Shown here piece by piece: positions 19,055-29,281 of a DNA stretch of 64,000 nt. A program made the position numbers and the translations under genes. Under the pieces are notes generated by a model. That model saw only the letters and a program-made list of their open reading frames with translations. It was not told the DNA's origin and did not search any database. This stretch comes from Candidatus Levyibacteriota bacterium (GTDB lineage: Bacteria > Patescibacteriota > Microgenomatia > Levybacterales > UBA12049), in NCBI GenBank assembly GCA_017991775.1, contig JAGOPV010000001.1, positions 20,869 through 84,868 of the forward strand. Reading direction: 5' to 3'. Position 1 is the first letter of the stretch, and every line of letters begins with the position of its first letter.

Positions 19055-20221
19055 TTAAGCCTTGGTATCGTCGGACTCGTCATTTTCAGTAGCAACTTCA
19101 GGTGCAGTCTCAGCAGTCTCAGCAGTCTCAGATACAGCTTCTGGCTGTGATTCAACTTCCGCTACCTCTTCTACCTCAGGTGTAGGCTCAGCTACAGCTT
19201 CATCTACCTTCACTTCTTCAACTTCTGGCTTAGTCTCTACTTCTTCCACTTTAGCCTCCTCGGTTACTACTGGACCACTACCCTCTATTTCGATACGGTA
19301 TCCTGTCAGTTTTGATGCCAATCGCACATTCTGGCCATCTTTACCTATGGTAAGTGAGAGCTCTTCTTGAGGAACAAAAATCTTCGCCATCTTTTCTTCT
19401 TCATGAAGCTCTACGCGAACATTCTTTGCTGGAGAAAGTGATGCTGCAATAAAAGCTGTTGTGTCGTTTTGCCACTGAATAATGTCGATCTTTTCCATAC
19501 CATTGAATTCTTGAATGATAGCCTGAACACGGACACCTTTCTGTCCAACACAGCTTCCGACTGGATCAATTCCACTCTGGGTTGAGGCTACGGCGACCTT
19601 AGCTCGATTACCAGGCTCGCGAACAATCTCTTTGATCTCAACACTGCCTGACGCTACTTCTGGTACCTCTCGCTTGAAAAGACCCTCAAGGAGACCATTG
19701 TCACTTCGTGAAACGATTACTTCCTCGCCCTTAATACCTTCTTTTATTTCCTTAAGGAAGACAACAAGGCGCTGATTCTGGTAATACTTTTCATTTTGGA
19801 TTTGCTCTGAAATAGGCATAAGAGCCTCAGTCTTTCCTATATCAATAATGATGTTAGGACCTGCAAAACGAAGAACAGTTCCATTGATGATCTGACCCAT
19901 CTTGATCTTGTAGTCTGAAATAATAGCTTCTTTTTCTTTCTCGCGGATCTTCTGCAAGATCACTTGCTTTGCTGTCTGAGCCGCAATACGTCCAAATCCA
20001 GGAGGTGTAACATCTTTTCCGTTGTGGAGAATACTTGCCTCACCCGTATTAGGATTGAGGTCAGCTGCGAACTCTTCGACTTCAATGCCAGGATGATCTT
20101 TTCGATAGGCTGCAAGAATAGCATTCTTAACTGTGTCAAGAACAACACTGATATCAACGCCACGTTCTGTCGCGACTTGATTGAGGGCAAGAGCAAATTC
20201 ACTTCTTTGTACTGCTGGCAT
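19055..20221 (-). CDS. nusA: Transcription termination/antitermination factor NusA with acidic repeat tail
   Basis: NusA N-domain, S1 and KH motifs (MPAVQRSEFALALNQVATERG..). The C-terminal E/V/A/T repeats are encoded by a 9-bp x3 tandem (cagtctcag) near 19110-19140. Start taken at 20221; the ORF-track start is 20296. Confidence 0.85.
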   Translation of the reverse strand: MPAVQRSEFALALNQVATERGVDISVVLDTVKNAILAAYRKDHPGIEVEEFAADLNPNTGEASILHNGKDVTPPGFGRIAAQTAKQVILQKIREKEKEAIISDYKIKMGQIINGTVLRFAGPNIIIDIGKTEALMPISEQIQNEKYYQNQRLVVFLKEIKEGIKGEEVIVSRSDNGLLEGLFKREVPEVASGSVEIKEIVREPGNRAKVAVASTQSGIDPVGSCVGQKGVRVQAIIQEFNGMEKIDIIQWQNDTTAFIAASLSPAKNVRVELHEEEKMAKIFVPQEELSLTIGKDGQNVRLASKLTGYRIEIEGSGPVVTEEAKVEEVETKPEVEEVKVDEAVAEPTPEVEEVAEVESQPEAVSETAETAETAPEVATENDESDDTKA

Positions 20222-20300
20222 AGTATGTCTAGTATACCAGATAAGCCCAGCACGATCAACAGCGTGAGAACGAGGTGCCTGAAGATGAGGAGTCAAGCAT

Positions 20301-22706
20301 TTACATACTTTTTACTTGCAAATTATTTGAAGTGTCAACATACATTTCCAGAACCTGGCCACGACCTATCTCATTCTTAAGAAGTTTTTGAGCAAGTATA
20401 TCCTCAATAGTGTCTTGCACGTATCTCCTAATCGGACGAGCACCATACTCAGCATTATATGCCTCCGTCGCTACCTTCTTAGCAACACTCTCTGAGAATG
20501 TCACCGTAATATCTTTTTCTTTTAGAGAATTAGAGACTTCCGCAAGAATAAGTTGCGCAATCCTCTCCACATCTTCATGGGAAAGTGGTGAAAAGGTGAT
20601 GACACTGCCAAACCTATTGAGAAGTTCAGGCCTAAAAAGATGATTTTGCGCTAGGTAAGACATAAGCTGCTGGGGGAACTCAGCGGTATTCCCGCCGCCA
20701 GACTGGACAGCCTTATAAATAAAGTCAGACCCTGCATTTGAAGTCGCAATAATAATTGTATTAATAAACGAGACAGTCTTTCCTCGATTATCTGTGAGCC
20801 TACCGTCCTCCAAAACTTGAAGGAAGAGATTCAGAATGGCTGGATGTGCTTTCTCAAATTCATCAAGGAGGATTAAGGAATTTGGATTGTCGCTCACTTT
20901 CTCAGTAAGCTCTCCGCGCTGCTCACCCTCCCCGGGAAGTGATCCTAAAAGTCTTCTAACCCCATCCTCAGTCGTATATTCGCTCATATCAAGTCTTATC
21001 ATTGAGGCCTCGCCGCCAAAATAGACTTCCGCGAGTGTCTTTGCAACCTTTGTCTTACCAACTCCGGTAGGTCCGAGAAAGAGAAACGAGATAGGTTTTC
21101 TTTGCACTTCGACACCAGATCGAAGTCTTCTCATCCCTTCTGCAATTGCAGTCACTGCTACATTTTGCCCTATGACACTTTTGTGGAGGATCTCTTCAAG
21201 ACGCAAAAGTGTGTCTTTTTCAGAAGATGATGGGTCATGCATGGCGATCTTTGTCTTACTTTCTATCGAAGTGATTAAAATATCCTCAGTCAAGATAAGT
21301 TTTTTGGTATTACCATAGTAAAGCTTTGGCTGATGTGACGGCAGTGCACTGATTGCATCGCGCAAAAGATCGACACCGCTTCCTGGGAGCACTTCTTTAT
21401 TCGCAAAATACCGATCAGCATAAACAGTTGCTTGGTGGACTGCAAGATAGGTGATGATGATCCCGTTCTCCTTCTCAAGTTCGCCCGCTTTCTCCATTAA
21501 GATTTTCTCTGCAAAATCGATAGCAGGCTCTTCAATGATAATTTCATTGAACATCTGATTGAGGACTGTCGAAGCAAGGTATGTCTTATATGCGCCCTTA
21601 CTCATTGTCGTGATCACTGGGAGCTTGCCAGTCTTAAGATATGGCATAAGTGCCCCAGATAGATCGAGCGCAAAACTACCTGAGCCTAGAAGGTTCTCGA
21701 ATTCTGGGATGTAGAGAATAAGATTCTCTGCATGTGAAACTTCATCAATGATGCTTTGCAGCCGCTCTTCTAGCTCACCTTTCTCATTGGTCCCAGCCAA
21801 TAGTTCTCCAGCCATGAGCTCTATTACTGTCTTATTTTCAAGACCATGGGGAACTTGCTTTGCAAAACTATCCGAGACGAACTTTCGAACAAGATTCTCT
21901 TTCCCGGTTCCGACATCGCCAACAAGGACAATATTATTGTTCTCAGTCTTTGAAAGGCCTTCAAGCATCCTTTGATATTCAGCTTCTCTACCCATGCCAA
22001 ATGTATGGCCAGATCCAGTAAATACTCTTGTGTACTTTAAGGTCTCTGGCGTCCATCCAGTTAAAAGACTCTCACCGATACCGCCTCCTGGTACAGTAAT
22101 CTTTAATTTTCTTGGCGATTCTTCATCTTTATTCTCATTTCTTGCCCATGCAAGTATCTTGAACACATCCTCAGCGCGCAGCTTTTTAGATCTTAGGACA
22201 TGTACGACTGGCTCCTCCTCAAGCAGATATGCAGCAGCAACATCCATTGAAGTTATGACAGTTCCTCCAACTTTTTGAGCAACAACACCTGCGCTGGCAA
22301 GCAGAACATCTTTTGCCATCGTACTCTTTGGCAAATCTTTATCTGTTAATGGGATTCTTTCTAGCAGGAACTGAACATGCGGAAAAGCGAGTAACTTATG
22401 GACCATCTCATGCGCGTCACTACTAGACTGATACGCAAAGAGGACACTAATACTAGCTACATCTTTATCGGTAGTGCCAGGTGTGCCAAGCTTCCTAGTT
22501 GGATATCCAAGCGATATTCCATAACGATAAAAAATCTCAAACATGATAAAAAGATTGAGGAAGAAAAGTGGAAGTCGTGGATGAATCCCATCCAAAATCA
22601 TGAGCGCTGTAATGCCAGATAACCCTAGCAAAACAAGAATGCGCAGCAACTTTACAAAACTTGTTCTATAGATTCCATAAATAAAGGCTGTGTTAATTAA
22701 ATTCAT
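20301..22706 (-). CDS. Membrane-anchored Clp/Hsp100-type double AAA+ ATPase (ClpC-like) with a degenerate D1 module
   Basis: Two N-terminal TM helices, a Clp_N-like region, then D1 with atypical Walker A (GDVGTGKE) and Walker B (ILYIPEF). D2 is canonical (GPTGVGKT, LILLDEFEKAH, ATSNAGS, GARPIRR). No IGF/IGL ClpP-docking tripeptide seen. Confidence 0.7.
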   Translation of the reverse strand: MNLINTAFIYGIYRTSFVKLLRILVLLGLSGITALMILDGIHPRLPLFFLNLFIMFEIFYRYGISLGYPTRKLGTPGTTDKDVASISVLFAYQSSSDAHEMVHKLLAFPHVQFLLERIPLTDKDLPKSTMAKDVLLASAGVVAQKVGGTVITSMDVAAAYLLEEEPVVHVLRSKKLRAEDVFKILAWARNENKDEESPRKLKITVPGGGIGESLLTGWTPETLKYTRVFTGSGHTFGMGREAEYQRMLEGLSKTENNNIVLVGDVGTGKENLVRKFVSDSFAKQVPHGLENKTVIELMAGELLAGTNEKGELEERLQSIIDEVSHAENLILYIPEFENLLGSGSFALDLSGALMPYLKTGKLPVITTMSKGAYKTYLASTVLNQMFNEIIIEEPAIDFAEKILMEKAGELEKENGIIITYLAVHQATVYADRYFANKEVLPGSGVDLLRDAISALPSHQPKLYYGNTKKLILTEDILITSIESKTKIAMHDPSSSEKDTLLRLEEILHKSVIGQNVAVTAIAEGMRRLRSGVEVQRKPISFLFLGPTGVGKTKVAKTLAEVYFGGEASMIRLDMSEYTTEDGVRRLLGSLPGEGEQRGELTEKVSDNPNSLILLDEFEKAHPAILNLFLQVLEDGRLTDNRGKTVSFINTIIIATSNAGSDFIYKAVQSGGGNTAEFPQQLMSYLAQNHLFRPELLNRFGSVITFSPLSHEDVERIAQLILAEVSNSLKEKDITVTFSESVAKKVATEAYNAEYGARPIRRYVQDTIEDILAQKLLKNEIGRGQVLEMYVDTSNNLQVKSM

Positions 22707-23179
22707 GCAAATAATAAATAAATCGTGACAAATGGAAAGAGTAAAAAACCAATAAGAAGCACCAGTTCAAGTATGAGCAATGGAATAAAGAGGATAAGTG
22801 ATGCAAGAATGATCATAGACTTAATCGCCATTCCCATCCCCCGCGAGAACCCGACAAGTCCTTTACGATACTCATTTTTAAGCGGTTTAAAAAAAGTCTT
22901 GAGAAGTAAAAAGACTGAAAAAACCTCAAAGTATGCAGCATTCAACTGCATAAAATAACGAACTAAGCCTAGCGGTGCACGAATGAACCAAAAATATAAG
23001 AATCCTATGGGGAGCATGAGCAGGGCAGGCATACAAATTACTCTCTCAAGTATACGATCCCTACAATTAAAACTCAACAAATTTAAAATTATGTATAATA
23101 CGATTATGGCTATTCCCGAAAGAAATTTGCCCAATCCAGACGTAGTCCCCGGTCCACAAGCGCTTACAGCAGATATCAT
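22703..23179 (-). CDS. Polytopic small membrane protein, overlaps the downstream Clp-like gene by 4 nt
   Basis: About four hydrophobic helices; the ATGA overlap with the 20301-22706 gene suggests translational coupling. The start codon is uncertain. Confidence 0.45.
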   Translation of the reverse strand: MISAVSACGPGTTSGLGKFLSGIAIIVLYIILNLLSFNCRDRILERVICMPALLMLPIGFLYFWFIRAPLGLVRYFMQLNAAYFEVFSVFLLLKTFFKPLKNEYRKGLVGFSRGMGMAIKSMIILASLILFIPLLILELVLLIGFLLFPFVTIYLLFA

Positions 23180-24650
23180 GAAGAGTGAACTCTCTGAGCA
23201 AGATAAAACGATGCTTAAAGAGAAAAGGACCTTTTATGAATCACTAAGGGGTGATGAAGCCACAATTGATGCTGTGAATGGACTAATCGCAGAAGTAGAG
23301 CCGATAGATAAGTGGAGAGAAGTTGCCCGCAAGGCTCGCGTAGAGATAGAGACACTACCACCAGACATTCTTGAACGAGTATTTAACAAAGCAACGCCAT
23401 ATATCAAAAACCTCCCTGCTGGACATGGGAAGGGACATTTCCTTAGAGATACAATCAATGCCACTCTCCTACTCCAGGATCCCGCCATGAGCACATATCC
23501 ACCTGAGGAAGTCATGTCTGGCGTACTTGCAGCAATGTATCATGACATCGGCAATTCTGTCGTTAATAGATATGAGGAAATGAATCGATTTGCTGCACAT
23601 GGTGAAGTAGGAGCACATCTATTTGGAGATATAGCTAAGGATGTCATACCTCCAAATCTACTTAAAATGACTCAACTCTCAATTGCTGGACATACTCACT
23701 ATAGAGCAGATGCAATCATCTTGAGAGATAGCGAAAACGGTGAGCCCATACCTGTACCAGCCGGATCAATAGCTCTTGATAGAGATGGAAAGGAGATAAC
23801 TTCTCCTACTTACACCGGCGAAGTCCAAATTAAAAATACAGCAACTGGAAAGGTCAAGAGAAGGAACGCTGTTCGTCGAGTGCGCAAGATCCATGATGCT
23901 AAAATTGAAGATGGAGCCAAAACAGCTTTCTGGATATCTCGATGGACAGATAGGCTTGATACTCGCGGAGTATCACATGCCGTGAGACACATTATTACGA
24001 AGGCTAGTCCAACCAGCGACTTTGATGGTAAAGAATTTAATACGATCCACCCCGATGAGCAGACTGATTTCCAACGAGAATTTGAACCCCGAAGAAACCC
24101 AAATAGCAAAAATGTAATTGGACACTTCCTTCAATTGGCAGGCTCCGACACAGAGCGAGATGCCCAAGGAGGAAAAGGGTTTTATAACCAATACGATACT
24201 GATTATATGACTGAAAAACTTTTTGGACCCGAAGATCTAGTTATGAATGAACTAATACAAACCATCGAGAATGCGCCTGATACATTGTCTCGCAAGGATC
24301 AGACTGGAAAGGATTACATTCTGAAAGAAGGTATGGCGAAATTTGAAGCCCTAGCTCAACTCCTTGAACCTGCGCGTGATCTTGAAGGACAACTGGGGAA
24401 ATTAGGAGAAAAATTTGAAAAACTTGGTGAACAAAAATATGCCTGGGCACTTGGATTTAAGCAGCTTTTTGATAAGCTTTATCCTGAAACAGAGGCTAGG
24501 AAGACAACTAGTCTCAAAAATATTTCACCTCTTAATTTTGGAGGGAAGCCAACATCTGAAAGAGTAAATACCATTCTGGGAACTCATCTTTATGGAATAG
24601 CCCGAGCGGCTGAGGAACAATTCAAGCAAAAACCCCTAGCTACTTTATAA
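23091..24650 (+). CDS. HD-domain protein of the dGTPase/SAMHD1-like (dNTP triphosphohydrolase) type
   Basis: Motif series [10 protein letters not shown] .. YHDIGN(x17)HGEVGAHL .. [10 protein letters not shown] resembles H..HDxGH..HEQGS..DxxD of dNTP triphosphohydrolases; the second His of HDxGH is Asn here. Start taken at the internal ATG 23091; the track ORF starts at 22983 and would overlap the opposite-strand gene. Confidence 0.5.
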   Translation: MYNTIMAIPERNLPNPDVVPGPQALTADIMKSELSEQDKTMLKEKRTFYESLRGDEATIDAVNGLIAEVEPIDKWREVARKARVEIETLPPDILERVFNKATPYIKNLPAGHGKGHFLRDTINATLLLQDPAMSTYPPEEVMSGVLAAMYHDIGNSVVNRYEEMNRFAAHGEVGAHLFGDIAKDVIPPNLLKMTQLSIAGHTHYRADAIILRDSENGEPIPVPAGSIALDRDGKEITSPTYTGEVQIKNTATGKVKRRNAVRRVRKIHDAKIEDGAKTAFWISRWTDRLDTRGVSHAVRHIITKASPTSDFDGKEFNTIHPDEQTDFQREFEPRRNPNSKNVIGHFLQLAGSDTERDAQGGKGFYNQYDTDYMTEKLFGPEDLVMNELIQTIENAPDTLSRKDQTGKDYILKEGMAKFEALAQLLEPARDLEGQLGKLGEKFEKLGEQKYAWALGFKQLFDKLYPETEARKTTSLKNISPLNFGGKPTSERVNTILGTHLYGIARAAEEQFKQKPLATL

Positions 24651-25535
24651 CCAGCCTTTTTTAGCTTTTGGCTTTGCTTCAAATTCTTCTAGAAGATCTT
24701 TCTGCCTCTTTGAGACATTCTTTGGGATAACTAATTTTATCTTCACGTAGTGATCGCCTTTACCTCCACCTCGAATTCGCTCGATTCCCTTGCCACGAAG
24801 CCTGATCAATGTCTCAGGCTGTGTCCCAGCTGGGATTTTGATAGTTACCTTACCTTCAACTGTCTCAACCTCTATTTCAGATCCTAAAACTGCCTGTGGA
24901 AATGAAATCTCTTCAGAGGTGACCACATCTGCACCCTCTCGTTGAAATCTTGGGTCTGAGGCGACATCAAAGACCACATCAAAACTATCAAAACGCATTC
25001 TTGTGCCAGTATCCACACCCGCAGGAACTTTAACAGTGGTATCTTTGCCTTCAACTGTTACTTTCTTTGTAACACCATTTACTGCCTCTTTAAATGTGAG
25101 TGCTATCGAATAAACAGCACGCCTTTGCTGTTGCCTTCCAAATGGCGAGCCTCCACCACCAAAGAATTGTTCAAAAATTTCAAATGGATCTGAGAAGCCA
25201 CCAAAATCAAAACCCTGTCCACCTTGTTGTCCATTAGTCGAGTAGGTATAGCTAAATGGACCGTACTGACCGCCTTGTCCCCCAAATCCTCCTTGTCCTG
25301 AGGTTGCCGAAGGATCAAAGGCTGCCGCACCATACTGATCATAAGTTTGACGCTTTTGCGCATCTGAGAGAACTTCATAGGCTTTCGTGATCTCTTTAAA
25401 TTTCTCTGTTCCCTCAGCCGTCTTATTACGGTCTGGGTGATACTGGAGTGCTAATTTTCGATACGCCTTTTTAATCTCATCTGCAGTTGAGGATTTAGAG
25501 ACACCTAATGTGGAATAAAAATCAGTAGAGGCCAT
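24645..25535 (-). CDS. dnaJ: DnaJ-family co-chaperone (J-domain, G/F region, C-terminal domains, no zinc finger; CbpA/type II-like)
   Basis: J-domain with HPD (YHPDRNK), G/F-rich stretch ([13 protein letters not shown]), and C-terminal beta domains. No CxxCxGxG repeats. Confidence 0.8.
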   Translation of the reverse strand: MASTDFYSTLGVSKSSTADEIKKAYRKLALQYHPDRNKTAEGTEKFKEITKAYEVLSDAQKRQTYDQYGAAAFDPSATSGQGGFGGQGGQYGPFSYTYSTNGQQGGQGFDFGGFSDPFEIFEQFFGGGGSPFGRQQQRRAVYSIALTFKEAVNGVTKKVTVEGKDTTVKVPAGVDTGTRMRFDSFDVVFDVASDPRFQREGADVVTSEEISFPQAVLGSEIEVETVEGKVTIKIPAGTQPETLIRLRGKGIERIRGGGKGDHYVKIKLVIPKNVSKRQKDLLEEFEAKPKAKKGWL

Positions 25536-25541
25536 AATAGA

Positions 25542-25994
25542 TTATCGTTCTCTCGGCCTCCTGTGGGCAATCTTCTTTGGAGGTTGACGCTTAGCTGGAG
25601 CGAATAATACTCCACTACCCTCAAGTCTTTCCTGTGTTACTGAGGAGTTTAAACTAGGGTAAATTGGTCTTCCGGTGCCGTCATCTGCAAATCCTATCGG
25701 TGTTAGCCCATCTACAACCCCGTGACCTACACCATTTCCACTCTTACTATCCAGAGGTGACTGCGAGACTGATGGCGCCCCCTCACCGATCTCACTTTTT
25801 ATAACCGGTTGATTAATCACTGGGGATACAAACTTGGCAAGAGTAGGATTTACTTCACTTAATGGGGTATGCCGAGGTAAAATTCCCTGATCATCTAAGA
25901 GTTGAGCTTCATGGTCTGATACCCCAGCTTCAGATGCTTTTTCTTCAGGGATAAATACCCCATGAGGCTCTCTTTCTTCATTAGCTCTTATCAT
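25542..25994 (-). CDS. Hypothetical low-complexity protein between dnaK and dnaJ
   Basis: A 150-aa ORF fills the dnaK-dnaJ gap and overlaps the dnaK stop by 14 nt. It is P/G/S-rich and no domain was recognised. Confidence 0.3.
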   Translation of the reverse strand: MIRANEEREPHGVFIPEEKASEAGVSDHEAQLLDDQGILPRHTPLSEVNPTLAKFVSPVINQPVIKSEIGEGAPSVSQSPLDSKSGNGVGHGVVDGLTPIGFADDGTGRPIYPSLNSSVTQERLEGSGVLFAPAKRQPPKKIAHRRPRER

Positions 25995-27870
25995 CTACTA
26001 CTTCTCCTTCAACTGGCTCCTCTGATGATGGAGTCTCTGAAGAAGAGCTGTCAGCTGAATCCTGTGTCTCGGCAGGATTTGCTTTCGCCATTGCCTCACC
26101 GATTTTTTGAAGACTTTCTGAGAGCTCTGAAGTCTTTTGCTCGATATCTGACTTTGAACCAGACTCCAGAATATCTTTAAGGGCTTTTATCTTTTCCTCG
26201 ATCTCGGTCTTAAGACTATCCTCGATTTTACCCTCTGCGTCTTTTAGAGACTTCTCAGCAGTAAAGATAAGTGAATCAGCCATGTTCTTTGCCTCAATTG
26301 ACTCTTTCTTCTCTTCATCCTCTTTCGCATGAAGCTCAGCGTCTTTGGTCATCTTCTCTACTTCTTCTTTTGAAAGTCCAGTTGAGCCTGTGATCTTGAT
26401 ACTTTGCTCTTTTCCTGATGTCTTATCCTGAGCTTTTACATTCAAAATACCATTTGCATCGATATCAAAAGTCACCTCAACCTGAGGAACACCTCTAGGA
26501 GCTGGTGGGATACCATCGAGAACGAATCGACCAAGTGACTTGTTGTCAGCTGCCATAGGTCGTTCACCCTGAAGAACATTGATCTCAACCTGAGTCTGAT
26601 TATCCGCTGCAGTTGAATATACTTGTGATTTTGATGTTGGGATAGTGGTATTTCGAGCAATAAGTGCAGATGAAACACTTCCAAGCGTCTCAATACCAAG
26701 TGTTAATGGCGTAACGTCAAGCAAGAGCACATCTTTAACGTCGCCTGAAAGTACGCCGCCCTGAACTGCTGCTCCGATAGCTACTACTTCGTCTGGATTA
26801 ACAGACTTGTTAGGCTCTTTTCCAAAGAATTTAGAAACTGTCTCAACGATCTTTGGCATGCGCGTCATACCTCCAACCAAGACTACTTCATCAACATCTG
26901 AAGCTTTAATACCAGCGTCTTTGATAGCTTGCTCAACTGGCTTGAGTGTCTTTTGTACGAGCGAATCAACAAGCTGTTCAAGCTTTGCCCTTGTCAAAGT
27001 AAGTGTCAGGTGAAGTGGACCATTGGCACCCTGTGTGATAAATGGCTGATTGATTTGAGCTTCTTGACTACTTGAGAGTTCAATTTTTGCTTTCTCAGCT
27101 GACTCTTTAAGTCTTTGAAGTGCCTGTGGGTCTTGTCGAAGATCGACGTTGTTCTCTTTCTTAAATTCGTCAGCAAGATAATCGATCAAAACCTGATCAA
27201 AATCATCTCCACCAAGATGTGTATCACCATTAGTAGACTTAACCTCAGTTACGCCGTCTCCAAGTTCAAGAATTGAAATATCGAATGTACCTCCACCAAG
27301 ATCATAGACAGCAATAGTCTGAGCTTCTTTTTTATCAAGACCATACGCAAGCGCTGCAGCTGTAGGCTCATTGATAATACGCATCACTTCAAGTCCTGCG
27401 ATCTCTCCAGCCTGCTTTGTAGCCTGCCTCTGACTGTCGTCAAAATATGCAGGAACTGTAATAACAGCTTGTGTAACTTTTTCTCCGAGATAGTTTTCAG
27501 CATCTGCCTTGATCTTTTGCAGAATCATTGCGGAGATCTCTTGTGGGGTGTATGTCTTTCCATCAACCTCAACGATAGCCATATCATCTCTACCAGACTT
27601 TACAACGTATGGGAGTAGCTTCATGTCATTTTTGACTGTTGGGTCAGACAACTTTTTACCCATAAGTCTCTTTACTGATGAGATGGTCTCCTTAGGCTTT
27701 AATACCATCTGACGCTTTGCTACATCTCCAACGACGTGTGTCTTTGGATCCACAACTGATGGAATAACATTACGGCCTTCTGCTGAGTGGATCACCTTTG
27801 GCGATCCGCCTTCCATAACAGCCACACATGAGTTTGTTGTACCTAAATCAATACCAATTATTTTTGCCAT
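25981..27870 (-). CDS. dnaK: Chaperone DnaK (Hsp70)
   Basis: [18 protein letters not shown].., DLGGGTFD.. and a C-terminal lid with an EEVD-less acidic end. An AAGGAAA SD lies upstream of the start at 27870. Confidence 0.95.
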   Translation of the reverse strand: MAKIIGIDLGTTNSCVAVMEGGSPKVIHSAEGRNVIPSVVDPKTHVVGDVAKRQMVLKPKETISSVKRLMGKKLSDPTVKNDMKLLPYVVKSGRDDMAIVEVDGKTYTPQEISAMILQKIKADAENYLGEKVTQAVITVPAYFDDSQRQATKQAGEIAGLEVMRIINEPTAAALAYGLDKKEAQTIAVYDLGGGTFDISILELGDGVTEVKSTNGDTHLGGDDFDQVLIDYLADEFKKENNVDLRQDPQALQRLKESAEKAKIELSSSQEAQINQPFITQGANGPLHLTLTLTRAKLEQLVDSLVQKTLKPVEQAIKDAGIKASDVDEVVLVGGMTRMPKIVETVSKFFGKEPNKSVNPDEVVAIGAAVQGGVLSGDVKDVLLLDVTPLTLGIETLGSVSSALIARNTTIPTSKSQVYSTAADNQTQVEINVLQGERPMAADNKSLGRFVLDGIPPAPRGVPQVEVTFDIDANGILNVKAQDKTSGKEQSIKITGSTGLSKEEVEKMTKDAELHAKEDEEKKESIEAKNMADSLIFTAEKSLKDAEGKIEDSLKTEIEEKIKALKDILESGSKSDIEQKTSELSESLQKIGEAMAKANPAETQDSADSSSSETPSSEEPVEGEVVDDKS

Positions 27871-27874
27871 AATT

Positions 27875-28348
27875 TTATTTTCCTTTTCCCACAATTACTT
27901 GTGCGGGTCTAAGCAATATATCATGCAACAAGTAGCCTTTGCGCACCTCTTGTATGACAATTCCTTCTTTTCCTTCAGCTGTCGACACAACTTCCATTTG
28001 GTTAGGATCGAAATCCTCTCCAACAGTCTCAAGAGCTAGAACACCTTCGCTTTTTAAAATATCTTTGCACTGATTAATTCCCAGAACCAGACTCTGATTT
28101 GGCTCGTGATGATTTGCTAATTCCAATGTATCCAAAACAGGTAGAAATCTCAAGAGCAAATCCTTATTTGCACTCACAATTATATTACGCCTGTCATCTC
28201 GAACTCTCTTCTCAAGATTTTGATAGTCAGCAAGAGCTCTTTTGTATTTATGCTCCCAATCAGATACTTTCTCTTCTTCTCCATCAAGAACTCCCTCTTC
28301 TATTACTTCCTCTTCCAGATCTAAATTTTTTACGTCGTCGTCATTCAT
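27875..28348 (-). CDS. grpE: Nucleotide exchange factor GrpE
   Basis: GrpE coiled-coil and beta domain (..[18 protein letters not shown]..). Start placed at MNDDDV (28348), preceded by GGGGAG. The ORF can extend to in-frame ATGs at 28366, 28387 and 28408 that are created by the heptamer repeat. Confidence 0.8.
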   Translation of the reverse strand: MNDDDVKNLDLEEEVIEEGVLDGEEEKVSDWEHKYKRALADYQNLEKRVRDDRRNIIVSANKDLLLRFLPVLDTLELANHHEPNQSLVLGINQCKDILKSEGVLALETVGEDFDPNQMEVVSTAEGKEGIVIQEVRKGYLLHDILLRPAQVIVGKGK

Positions 28349-28362
28349 ACTTATTTTACTCC

Positions 28363-28404
28363 CCATTTGCCATTTGCCATTTGCCATTTGCCATTTGCCA
28401 TTTG
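28363..28404. repeat. Perfect heptanucleotide microsatellite (CCATTTG)x6, = (CAAATGG)x6 on the coding strand of grpE
   Basis: Read directly: ccatttg repeated six times, followed by cca. It lies in the hrcA-grpE intergenic region / grpE 5' end and generates three alternative ATGs. Confidence 0.9.
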
Positions 28405-28417
28405 CCATTTGCCAAGC

Positions 28418-29152
28418 CTACCAACCCTTTGCAACTGATTCAATAAGATCTCCAAAGTATCGCACAGTTGGGATAACTTGTGTGTAGTTAAGCCTGACTG
28501 GACCAATAACTCCTATATCTCCAGATACATGCAGTGGAGTCTCAAAGTGCGTATAGACAAAACTATATGGACCTCGAAGTCTTGCACCAAGATCATCACC
28601 CATAACAACGTGAATCTCTTCATCGTCGCCTTGCATTCTCTTGCACATATCCAAGAACCATTCGTATTCATCCAATGCTGAAAGAAGAGTCTTTGTGATA
28701 TCGATATCATAGAACTCTGGCATCTCAAGAATATTTGCATACCCTGAAGCATAAATATTACCTTCAGAAGTCGCTATGAATGCAAGTGCACCGGTCTTAT
28801 CTGCGAGAGACTTTGTAGCCTCTTTCAAAAAGCGTTGCATTTGCTCACGATAATCCCAAACTTTCTCTTTAAGAGCTACTTCTTCAACAGTTGAGAGCTC
28901 TTTTTCTTTCATCAACTCACGAACATAAAATCTCATCCCTTTTGGAGATGGCGCTCTTCCAGCTGACGAGTGGGGCTTATGAAGATATCCTGACTCAGTG
29001 AGACGGACCATCTCATTCCTAATCGTCGCAGGAGAGGCGCTCAAATTATATTTTTTCTCGAGAGTCTCTGATCCTACTGGTTCTGCCGTGTTAATGTACT
29101 CCTCAATGATCGCTCTTAAGATTTCGATCTGTCGCTGCGTTAAATTGTGCAT
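28418..29152 (-). CDS. hrcA: Heat-inducible transcription repressor HrcA (short form)
   Basis: N-terminal winged HTH (LTQRQIEILRAIIEEYINTAEPVGSETL) plus HrcA C-domain; 244 aa; sits at the head of the grpE-dnaK operon. Confidence 0.8.
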   Translation of the reverse strand: MHNLTQRQIEILRAIIEEYINTAEPVGSETLEKKYNLSASPATIRNEMVRLTESGYLHKPHSSAGRAPSPKGMRFYVRELMKEKELSTVEEVALKEKVWDYREQMQRFLKEATKSLADKTGALAFIATSEGNIYASGYANILEMPEFYDIDITKTLLSALDEYEWFLDMCKRMQGDDEEIHVVMGDDLGARLRGPYSFVYTHFETPLHVSGDIGVIGPVRLNYTQVIPTVRYFGDLIESVAKGW

Positions 29153-29178
29153 GAACTTTTATCTCTTCCGGGCCTGAA

Positions 29179-29205
29179 TTAGCAGTATAGTAACATGACT
29201 GCTAT
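29179..29205. promoter_or_regulatory. CIRCE-like inverted repeat TTAGCAGTA-N9-GACTGCTAT upstream of hrcA
   Basis: 7/9 + 7/9 match to the CIRCE consensus TTAGCACTC-N9-GAGTGCTAA, located 27-53 nt upstream of the hrcA start on the minus strand. Confidence 0.5.
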
Positions 29206-29281
29206 TCCTTGTCAAGACATTATTTTACAGCAAAATAGCATCTTTCTTGCCTCGATTAGACAAATATCCTAGACTGTCTTT

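Noticed and set aside
19100-19145. 9-bp x3 tandem (cagtctcag) as a non-coding repeat element
   Set aside because: It is in-frame within the nusA C-terminal acidic tail (AETAETAET) and is simply a coding low-complexity repeat.
22983-23090. Upstream extension of the HD-protein ORF (start at 22983)
   Set aside because: It would overlap the opposite-strand membrane-protein gene by ~200 nt. An internal ATG at 23091 ([12 protein letters not shown]) removes most of the overlap.
28349-28408. GrpE N-terminus MANGKWQMANGKWQMGSK.. as a genuine repeat-containing peptide
   Set aside because: It is produced by a 7-bp microsatellite, which is not a codon multiple. A better start (MNDDDV at 28348) with an upstream GGGGAG exists, so the extension is more likely 5' UTR.
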